Shown: piece after piece, positions 38,444 through 46,291 of the stretch
How the letters are laid out: each line of letters opens with the position of its first letter
How positions within the stretch are numbered: position 1 is the stretch's first letter
Assembly: GCA_018650445.1 (NCBI GenBank)
Contig: JABIFX010000160.1
Span: forward strand, 37,052-101,051
Direction of reading: 5' to 3'
Source: Fidelibacterota bacterium
GTDB lineage: Bacteria > Fidelibacterota > UBA8477 > JABMPR01
DNA length: 64,000 nucleotides
Program-made: the position numbers and the translations under genes
The notes under the pieces: generated by a model
What the model was told of the DNA's origin: nothing
The model's database searches: none
The model's input: the letters and a program-made list of their open reading frames with translations, nothing else

Positions 38444-40213
38444 TTATCCTACTGTTTCCGATATCGCATCCGTATGGACAATATATAGGTCGTCAAGCTG
38501 ACTGCGAAATTGTTCGATGGCAGCTTTGCGGCGAAGCTTTAAAGCTGCAGTCAATAATCCGTTTGCAGGTGAAAAATGTTGATCACTTATATGGAAATAT
38601 TTGATCGTCTCAAATGAAGGCAGTGTATTATTGACCTGATCAACAGCTTTTTGAATCAGTTTGATCACTTCAGGTCGATTGACAATGCTTTTCCACTTGG
38701 CGGTGTCAGGGTCAAGAGCTTGGAATTTTTGGCGGATGAAATTTTCATTTAGCGTGATCAAGGCTACCAAGTATTTCTTCGCATCGCCATAAATGACTAT
38801 GTGCTCTATTTCGGGGTGATCGGTGAACTTTCTCTCGATATTCTGCGGGGCAATATTTTTCCCACCACTAGTGACGATGATATCCTTTTTACGATCAATT
38901 ATCTTCAGGAAGCGATCATCAATCCAGATGCCAAGATCTCCAGTCTGGAACCAGCCATCAGGAGTGAAGCAGGCTTTGGTTGCCTCTGGATCTTTGTAGT
39001 ATCCGCTAAAAATATTTGCACCTTTAGCCAGTATTTCACCATCTGTGGCAAGTTTTAATTGGACAGAAGGAAAGCGTTTGCCAACAGAATCAAAACGATA
39101 GTCGTCCTTATGGTTCATGGTTAAAGTGGGGGAGCATTCGCTGAGACCGTAGCCCTCAGTGATCCACATACCGGATTCCAGAAAAAATTCTTTGATCTCA
39201 GTTTTTAACCCAGCGCCCCCGGACAATAGAAAGTGTAAATTTCCACCTGTCAGCTCAATCAGTTTCTCAATTTGTTCATCTTTATCATTGCTACAGTTGA
39301 TGGCATTAAGAAACAGTTTTTCATAATAAGCCGGGACACTCATGAAGATGTCGGGTTTTAAAACTGTTAATAGTTCCAGAATATTGATGGGATTGGCCAG
39401 ATAACTTTCAAAACCAAATAGATTTCCAAGGCCTATGGCCCCCCAGCCATAGATATGAGAGTTGGGTAACCAATGAATATCAAGGACATCTTCGGGGATG
39501 AGTGAGCCATTGACCGTTAACCAGTCGCTGGTTGAGGTTGCCAGGTTTCGATGCGATAGCGGTACACCCTTTGGATCACCAGTGGTTCCCGAGGTATAAA
39601 TCATATAAGCAATGTCATCAAATTGCGGAATTCTTGCCAGATCCTCAATCAATCCGGGAGTGCTGTTAGTATGCGTTGCTCCTGCTTGTGAGAGTTCTTC
39701 AAAGCAATAAATTGGCAAGCTTGTCACACAATCTTTGGGGTCGCCCTGAAGCAGAATCAGCTGTCGTAACTTTGTGGATTCCAATCCAGCGGCTATAAGT
39801 CGATTCGCCATATCGACTGAATCGAGGATCAGAAGCTGCATATCTGAATGATTAATCATAAATAGAGACTGTTCGATGGTATTCCCGGCATAAATGGGAA
39901 CGAAAATTGCGGTCGAAGTCATGACCCCCAACGCAGAATAAATCCATTCGAGGGAGTTAGCAGCCAGAATGCCTATTTTATCGGGATAGCTGTAGCCCTG
40001 ACCGTGTAAAAATGTAGCCACCCCGGACACCTTGCGTCTATATGTATCCCATGTAATGGCTTCCCAACCGTGTTCGGTAGGGTTTCGCCAGCGGACTTTG
40101 TCTGACCATTGCTCAGCAGCTTGCATGAACAACTGGATTGAGGTTTGACCTTCAACCGCAGGTAAATATTGCATATATTTGAATATAAGGTACGTTTGAA
40201 AAATACAAAACAT
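38444..40213 (-). CDS. long-chain acyl-CoA ligase (AMP-forming)
   Basis: AMP-binding motif YTSGTTGDPKGV, plus GYGLSE, TGDLG and SGGKNI. The start may be the internal Met (MQYL...). Confidence 0.85.
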   Translation of the reverse strand: MFCIFQTYLIFKYMQYLPAVEGQTSIQLFMQAAEQWSDKVRWRNPTEHGWEAITWDTYRRKVSGVATFLHGQGYSYPDKIGILAANSLEWIYSALGVMTSTAIFVPIYAGNTIEQSLFMINHSDMQLLILDSVDMANRLIAAGLESTKLRQLILLQGDPKDCVTSLPIYCFEELSQAGATHTNSTPGLIEDLARIPQFDDIAYMIYTSGTTGDPKGVPLSHRNLATSTSDWLTVNGSLIPEDVLDIHWLPNSHIYGWGAIGLGNLFGFESYLANPINILELLTVLKPDIFMSVPAYYEKLFLNAINCSNDKDEQIEKLIELTGGNLHFLLSGGAGLKTEIKEFFLESGMWITEGYGLSECSPTLTMNHKDDYRFDSVGKRFPSVQLKLATDGEILAKGANIFSGYYKDPEATKACFTPDGWFQTGDLGIWIDDRFLKIIDRKKDIIVTSGGKNIAPQNIERKFTDHPEIEHIVIYGDAKKYLVALITLNENFIRQKFQALDPDTAKWKSIVNRPEVIKLIQKAVDQVNNTLPSFETIKYFHISDQHFSPANGLLTAALKLRRKAAIEQFRSQLDDLYIVHTDAISETVG

Positions 40214-40274
40214 TTATTTTTTACAGATATAGCATTCATGAAATACATTGGGTTTTCAAGAAGAAGAAGTCGAG

Positions 40275-40847
40275 TTATTTAGTATCAGATATTACTGAAT
40301 CAGCAGAAGTTTTATCTTTATTTGCTGACGGCCAGGGTCGCTGGCTTTCAGCTGCGATCCAGGCATGCACCCAGTCGGGCAATTCACCGCTCCAATGTTC
40401 ATTTGGAAATTCCTGCATGACTTCTGCAGCAGGAATCAAACCATTTTTTGATACAACACCAGCTTTAATAAGTGCTGAGGAGCAGATCGTTTCTCCCAGA
40501 CACATCTTCTGCATAAAATAGAACCAGCGTCCATCATGACCGATGACTTCGCTGTGCAATTGAAACTTTTTCCACAGGGTTATTCTACGACGGTAGCGAA
40601 TGCTGGAACCGCCCACAGCAAAGCCCCATTTCTTTTCTGAGATGAGCTTCATCAATCCGCCCCGAACTCCAAGATCATAACGCCCCAGGTCCATCAGGGT
40701 CAATTGCCGGCCGTTGTTAACCTCTCCATAGTGATCGATATCAAAGATTCCTGCACGGAGATTGAGAGTGCTGCTATCACCAAACTTCAGTGAGCTACGG
40801 TATTTGGCCGAGAGTATGGTTTTTATGGTTCTGAGATAGGGATACAT
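40275..40847 (-). CDS. hotdog-fold acyl-CoA thioesterase-like protein
   Basis: 190 aa. The ...DID.YGEVNNGR.LTLMDLGR... pattern resembles 4HBT_2-type thioesterases. Confidence 0.55.
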   Translation of the reverse strand: MYPYLRTIKTILSAKYRSSLKFGDSSTLNLRAGIFDIDHYGEVNNGRQLTLMDLGRYDLGVRGGLMKLISEKKWGFAVGGSSIRYRRRITLWKKFQLHSEVIGHDGRWFYFMQKMCLGETICSSALIKAGVVSKNGLIPAAEVMQEFPNEHWSGELPDWVHAWIAAESQRPWPSANKDKTSADSVISDTK

Positions 40848-40999
40848 GAAAGCTTCCTTTGTGAGAATTCCAGTTACTCAGACATGCTAATTCCTGGAAA
40901 CTGCTTCTCAAGAAATAAATAGGATCAATATTGATAAATTAGCTGAGATGATAAATCGAAAAGGAGCTTTTGAAGCATAAAAGTAGGAATCATCTATGC

Positions 41000-41500
41000 C
41001 TAAATCATTGCCAGCAGCTTATTCTTTTGCTTCTTGTACTCTTTTTCTGTGAGGAGTTGTCTGGTGAGCATCTGGTGCAAAGCTTCGATTTGCCCAATCA
41101 CCTCTTCAGTAGTGGCTTCCTGGGCATCTGGATTCATGGACATGCCAATCCGATTGAGGAGTGTCTTTTTGGCTCTTTCATAGTCTTTTTCACTTATCAC
41201 ACCGCGTGACATCATACGATTCAAGACAACAATATCTTCGGTCACAATTTCGGCTGTGATGGTAACCAGATTAGTTGGATAGGTGGTCGTCGATTGGGTG
41301 GTGACCATGACAGGTCTATAAGAATAGCGATAATATCCATATGCTGAATAGTAATTGTTGTAGCGATGGGGATAATAGGAATGATGATAGTTTCTGATAG
41401 GTCTGTGATGATGTCTTCTTGAACGGGGTCCCGCCTGGACAGTGACTGAAAAGATAAGTAAAAGGATTATAAGTTTACTAAATTTCATTTTGCACCTCAT
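41000..41500 (-). CDS. secreted protein with His/Tyr-rich low-complexity region and two SHOCT-like motifs
   Basis: Signal peptide (the MKFSKLIILLLIFSVTVQA start is probably Met5). RSRRHHHRPIRNYHHSYYPHRYNNYYSAYGYYRYSY, then GVISEKDYERAKKTLL and LLTEKEYKKQKNKLL. Confidence 0.6.
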   Translation of the reverse strand: MRCKMKFSKLIILLLIFSVTVQAGPRSRRHHHRPIRNYHHSYYPHRYNNYYSAYGYYRYSYRPVMVTTQSTTTYPTNLVTITAEIVTEDIVVLNRMMSRGVISEKDYERAKKTLLNRIGMSMNPDAQEATTEEVIGQIEALHQMLTRQLLTEKEYKKQKNKLLAMI

Positions 41501-41538
41501 TCTATTTAATCCCTTTGACCTTATAAGTTCCTGATTGG

Positions 41539-42348
41539 TTAATTTGGACCAAGCTCGAGACTGCTTTGGTAAGCTCGACGGGCAATATGAGCCCCCCCTA
41601 GAGCACCCACAGTTTGCGGGTTTTCAGGAATATTCAAAGTCAACCCCAACTTCTCCTCCAACAGCACAACCAGACCCCTATTATGAGCAACGCCTCCTGT
41701 CAGGGTCACTTCGCCTTCAATGCCAATACTGGCAACCATACTCCAGATTCGATTCACAATGGAACGTTGTAGACCGTGGACGATATGTTCACGTGGGGTA
41801 TGTTTGGCCAGGAGAGAAATGACTTCGCTCTCAGCAAATACGGTACAGGTACTGCTGATAGGAGCTGACTCTCCCTCGATATTCAAGGGGCTGCTCAATT
41901 CATCCAGGTCTAGTTCCAGACGATTGGCCATGACCTCAAGAAAGCGACCTGTCCCAGCGGCACATTTATCATTCATGGTAAAATCTAGCATACGACCATG
42001 TGAGTCGATTTGGATCACTTTGCTGTCCTGACCACCTATGTCTATCACCGTTCCCGTCTTGGGAAAGAGTTGATGAGCCCCGACCCCATGGCAACTGATC
42101 TCAGTCGTTTTTCCCGTGGCAAAAGCCACTGAAGCACGCCCATAACCCGTAGCAGTGATTGCTGTGATGACCTCCCTTGAGAGATCCGCCAGCTTTATAG
42201 CGGAGTCAAAAGCCACCTCAGCTGCTTCAGACCCATTTACGCCAGTGGGGATTACAGTTTCAGACAGGAGTTTTCCTGAATGGTCAATAATGGATACATC
42301 GGTGCTGAGAGAGCCTACATCCACACCGGCAAAATAGAGATCAGCCAT
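41539..42348 (-). CDS. BcrA/BadF/HgdC-type ATPase (activase of 2-hydroxyacyl-CoA dehydratase-like enzymes)
   Basis: GVDVGSLSTD, IDIGGQDSK and KCAAGTGRFLE. ATG 42348 overlaps the upstream stop (ATGGCTGA) and is preferred over the listed 42423. Confidence 0.85.
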   Translation of the reverse strand: MADLYFAGVDVGSLSTDVSIIDHSGKLLSETVIPTGVNGSEAAEVAFDSAIKLADLSREVITAITATGYGRASVAFATGKTTEISCHGVGAHQLFPKTGTVIDIGGQDSKVIQIDSHGRMLDFTMNDKCAAGTGRFLEVMANRLELDLDELSSPLNIEGESAPISSTCTVFAESEVISLLAKHTPREHIVHGLQRSIVNRIWSMVASIGIEGEVTLTGGVAHNRGLVVLLEEKLGLTLNIPENPQTVGALGGAHIARRAYQSSLELGPN

Positions 42349-43663
42349 GTTTTGATCCTTCCAGGGTTTCACAAAAAGCTTCAAGTCGAGTATGGATTTG
42401 CTGCTCTGACCAGACCCGTTCATCGGCTATGTCCGCATCCAGAATAACGGCAGGTAGATCAAGATCAGTAGTGATGGCTTTGCGTAGATCAAATTGGCCT
42501 ACAGAATAAGGTTTACAGCTTCGGGTTGAATGCATGACCATCCCATCCACTGAGTAAGTCTTGATCATCTTTTTCATCAGCTCAAGCCGATGTTTCAGGT
42601 TGTTGTTGAGGATGATCTGACCATAGGTTTTGGCCATCGAGTTCCAGGGATCTTTCACATTGAGATAACCTGTAGTTTCAGCCCAGGCATTGGTATAAGT
42701 AGCCGTCACAAAGTTCATTTTTCTTTCAGCAAAAAAAGTAGCTAAAAACCGAACTTTGTACCAGATGGCAATATTGTCCCAGATTAAGCGGTATCGTTCA
42801 TCACTTATTGCACCAATCCCCTGTGTAACACGAGTGTCGACCTCTTCCATCAAAATATGGTAGTAATCTTGTGCCACAGGTAAGCCGCGTAGGGAAACAA
42901 TGGGAGCAAGATGACCAAATGCATCAAAGATGGTCATGGGCGCAGGTTGAGCTTTCATAGCATCCAGGATAGCACCCCATGTCCGGGATGTTTCCATGGA
43001 GCGCTTGAGGATGTTCTCAAATACATCTAGATAAAAGACCCGTCCTGAAACCCGCTCGAGGATGGGAATCATATCTTGTAATTGCTGAGCCATATAATTG
43101 ATATCGGCTTCAGTCTGCTCAGTAGTAACAAAGGGTGCGTCAAAGTGAATCAAGGGAATATTCAGTTCATGGGCAATGGCTTTATACCAGTATAGGACGG
43201 TTTGACAGATATTGTTTGAACAAAACAGCAGATCTGGCTTGGGAAGCTTCCCAGCTGGTGTTTTCCCCGACAGCATGTGTCCCAGATCGATACGGGCATA
43301 GGAGCATAGATCCTGACTAAATCCACTCCCTTCAGCGATACTGCAGTAATCAGCACCCTGTTTTTTGGCTCCAACCAGGGCTGAGTGATTCTCCGGATAG
43401 ATAGTATAGAAATCAAAAGCGCGCAGGAGTTCCACGGGAGCACCACTGGTGACCCAGGCTACCTTATTTACACCCCGAGCATATCTGGAGAGGAAATAAT
43501 GACGACTGAGAATTTCTTTTAGGCGCTTATTGGAATCCAGGGGCGGTCCAAATGCTTCCGGAATAGGACGGGGTTTCCGTCTTTTGAAATCCTGAAGCGC
43601 CATGAGAGCGGGAGCTCCATAATCTTTCATGATTTTATATTTTATTTCTGCTCTGATACTCAT
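42341..43663 (-). CDS. 2-hydroxyacyl-CoA dehydratase family subunit (HgdA/BcrC-like)
   Basis: VAWVTSGAPVELLRAFDFYTIYPENHSA..., DLCSYAR and other conserved Cys. 440 aa. Confidence 0.75.
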   Translation of the reverse strand: MSIRAEIKYKIMKDYGAPALMALQDFKRRKPRPIPEAFGPPLDSNKRLKEILSRHYFLSRYARGVNKVAWVTSGAPVELLRAFDFYTIYPENHSALVGAKKQGADYCSIAEGSGFSQDLCSYARIDLGHMLSGKTPAGKLPKPDLLFCSNNICQTVLYWYKAIAHELNIPLIHFDAPFVTTEQTEADINYMAQQLQDMIPILERVSGRVFYLDVFENILKRSMETSRTWGAILDAMKAQPAPMTIFDAFGHLAPIVSLRGLPVAQDYYHILMEEVDTRVTQGIGAISDERYRLIWDNIAIWYKVRFLATFFAERKMNFVTATYTNAWAETTGYLNVKDPWNSMAKTYGQIILNNNLKHRLELMKKMIKTYSVDGMVMHSTRSCKPYSVGQFDLRKAITTDLDLPAVILDADIADERVWSEQQIHTRLEAFCETLEGSKHG

Positions 43664-44760
43664 GGCGAAACCATTTCAAATAGAAGTTCAGTAAACGCTT
43701 CAATACGTGTTTTGTCTTGTCCTGAGATGTGGTTCTCTAATTCTGTTTCCAGAGTTAAAACAGGATAATTTTTTCCCCGAAGGGTTTTCACCAGAAGACG
43801 ATGATCGAATAACTCAGGTTCACAGAATTTCACAATATCAAAGAGTATTCCTTGAGCCTGACTTGCATTCATATGTTTACTTAGATGGTGCAAGCGTTCA
43901 TCCAGATCACCCCCACGCGTGGAGCAAGGTGGTAAGATGAAGAATCGATCAGTTAAGTAATCCAGTGGTGACACAGGAGCATCCATAGGAAACTTGGGAA
44001 TGCGTCGACTACCGGCTAGTAAGTCATCTGCTACGATGCTTACCCCCAATTCATCGAGAAACTCCAGTATCTCTGGAGTGGGTGGCAGGATGCCTGACAC
44101 CATCATTCGGGCTCTTGGAGATTCACCTGGTTGATCCAGAATATCTACCTGCTCAAGCAGGCTCAAATAATCAGTGGGGAGCAGGTACTCCTGAGCTCGC
44201 ATGAGCTTGAAATACTCTGCATTATTCAAAGACAGGTGATCTGTCATACGGGCTTGTTGGATTGCCATTAGATGTGAGTCTATTTTATGGCTCAATACAC
44301 AGGCAGCCAGGAATTTATCCGGAGCTAAAGGTCCATAGACTGCTTCCATGGATAATTGGAAATTTTGGAGGATATCCCGGTAATATCTGGTTGTTGTATT
44401 GTTAAAACTGCCCTTTGGATTGTAAAAGGTGTAAACAGGGAGGGACACACCGATGAGATCCTTGACCTGAGTCCCCAGGTTTTGCAGAGAATCACAAGTA
44501 TGGGGGAAGAGATATCCCGCATTGATGATATCAGGCTCCTTGAGGATAAACTCCAGACTTCTTTTTACGATGGGGCAAATGGTGGTCTGCAGATGTGCAT
44601 TGGCGTGGAGAATTTCTCCGGGTGGATCCCAGATTTCAGCAGCATGAATATCGAAAGCCCAGAGTAGCTCTCTTGGATAGAGCGCAGGCAACACTCCCAT
44701 GATCTTTTGACCGGAATTAGCCAGTGCCTTTAGATATTCTTTTCGATTCGGGATCATCAT
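43660..44760 (-). CDS. 2-hydroxyacyl-CoA dehydratase family subunit (HgdB/BadD-like)
   Basis: GVLPALYPRELLWAFDIHAAEIW, TICPIV and PHTCDSLQN. 366 aa. 4-nt overlap with the partner subunit. Confidence 0.75.
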   Translation of the reverse strand: MMIPNRKEYLKALANSGQKIMGVLPALYPRELLWAFDIHAAEIWDPPGEILHANAHLQTTICPIVKRSLEFILKEPDIINAGYLFPHTCDSLQNLGTQVKDLIGVSLPVYTFYNPKGSFNNTTTRYYRDILQNFQLSMEAVYGPLAPDKFLAACVLSHKIDSHLMAIQQARMTDHLSLNNAEYFKLMRAQEYLLPTDYLSLLEQVDILDQPGESPRARMMVSGILPPTPEILEFLDELGVSIVADDLLAGSRRIPKFPMDAPVSPLDYLTDRFFILPPCSTRGGDLDERLHHLSKHMNASQAQGILFDIVKFCEPELFDHRLLVKTLRGKNYPVLTLETELENHISGQDKTRIEAFTELLFEMVSP

Positions 44761-44905
44761 TTATTATAACTCAATCAAAATAGCTGTCAACTTTAGTTGG
44801 TAAATGTTAGATGTATTAGTTCACACCTTAAAACCGTTTAAACGGTATGTCAAAATAGATGTCCCTCTGTACTACCTGACTGAAGTCAGGTGCTGCAGAT
44901 GAAAC

Positions 44906-46291
44906 TTATTTTCTGAACTTTCGGACAAAACCTTCTACCTCGGGTACGCCACCTTGATAAACAAGATAACCATTATATGGTTCTCGCTCAGTCATATCAT
45001 CATTAATCGGCCTAAGCATTATCGCTTTGATTTTATCAGGATCATCTGTTTGTCCGAGCGCCCAGCCCAACTTAACCCAGGCCACCTCAGGCAGCATATT
45101 TCCCAGGGGGGTCACGCCCAGAGCCATCATATCACGACCGGTATCATAGACAAACATGTGAGCATAACCCCAGATTGTCTGGAGGGTCATAAAGACAGAA
45201 ACACCCTTGTCTCGTGCTCTTTCCAGGGCTGGATACAGCTCCTTGTTGACATGACCAAGACCGGTTCCTACAATAACAATTCCCCGATATCCTGCATCAA
45301 CCAGTGAATCGACAATGTCAGGCTTCATGTGGGGATAGTAGTAGAGCATGGTGACGTTCTCGTTGAAGGTGGGAATAATTTTTACCTCCTTGTCCTTGCG
45401 GCGATGTTTGTATTCCGTTTTGATAATCCTGAGACCATCACGAGTCACCGTCGCAGCTGGAGTATCACCAATGGTGCGGAAGGTTGACCTGTAAGAACTA
45501 TGCATTTTCCTAACACGAGTTCCGCGATGTAGAAAACCGTATTCATCAGAAGTGGGACCAAACATGCATACCAGCGTCTCTGCGATATCACCATGCCCGG
45601 CAGCATATGAGGCATGGATCAAATTCAGAGCTGCGTCTGAAGAGGGTCGATCGGAGGAGCGCTGTGATCCTACAAGAATGATGGGGATGGGCGAATCCTG
45701 AACCATAAAGGAAAGGGCAGCTGCCGTATGATGCAAGGTGTCTGTCCCATGGCCGATCACAATACCATCTGTACCGTTGGCAATTTCCTTACCAATACTT
45801 TCTGCCAGGATCTTGTATTGATCAGGACCCATATTTTCGCTAAAAACAGCAAATAGTTTTTCTGTATCGATGTTACAAATATCAGCCAACTCAGGAACCG
45901 CACCATACAACTCACCAGGAGAAAAGGCGGGGATAACTGCCCCCGTTCGATAATCCAGACGGGACGCAATAGTTCCACCGGTACCAAATAGTTTCACATT
46001 TGGTTTATCATCTGAATAAGGGAAAGCTTTTTCGGGAATTTTGTAATTGGCTTTTTGATACCCTGTTTCAACCATTTTTTTAATAGTCACAATATCAATA
46101 CCAATATTATAACCGGTTTGAATCTTCAAGACGATATGCTGATCATCATCATTTTCTGAGCGGGGGAGAACTGTGCCATCAAAGGTGCCCCTGGTTGTGT
46201 GGATTTCAGCCTGACCCCAGACTCTCACGCTGAATTTCTTCAGTGTAGCGAGAGCAGCACCCCTGTAGCCTTGAAAGATGTCATCACTCAT
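44906..46291 (-). CDS. gatD: archaeal-type Glu-tRNA(Gln) amidotransferase subunit D (asparaginase-like)
   Basis: A ~90-aa N-terminal domain followed by an asparaginase fold with GTGGTIASRLDYRTGAV, GHGTDTLHHTAAALSF, VGSQRSSDRPSSDA, HRGTRVRKMHSS, GTGLGHV and VYDTGRDM...LPEVAWVKLGWALGQTDD. Colinear with methanogen GatD. Confidence 0.85.
   Translation of the reverse strand: MSDDIFQGYRGAALATLKKFSVRVWGQAEIHTTRGTFDGTVLPRSENDDDQHIVLKIQTGYNIGIDIVTIKKMVETGYQKANYKIPEKAFPYSDDKPNVKLFGTGGTIASRLDYRTGAVIPAFSPGELYGAVPELADICNIDTEKLFAVFSENMGPDQYKILAESIGKEIANGTDGIVIGHGTDTLHHTAAALSFMVQDSPIPIILVGSQRSSDRPSSDAALNLIHASYAAGHGDIAETLVCMFGPTSDEYGFLHRGTRVRKMHSSYRSTFRTIGDTPAATVTRDGLRIIKTEYKHRRKDKEVKIIPTFNENVTMLYYYPHMKPDIVDSLVDAGYRGIVIVGTGLGHVNKELYPALERARDKGVSVFMTLQTIWGYAHMFVYDTGRDMMALGVTPLGNMLPEVAWVKLGWALGQTDDPDKIKAIMLRPINDDMTEREPYNGYLVYQGGVPEVEGFVRKFRK

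Noticed and set aside
44906-46291. Annotating the 461-aa protein simply as cytoplasmic L-asparaginase (AnsA).
   Set aside because: It has an extra ~90-aa N-terminal domain. It is translationally coupled to a GatE-architecture gene. Its C-terminal blocks (HRGTRVRKMHSS, VYDTGRDM, LGQTDD) match GatD rather than AnsA as I recall them.
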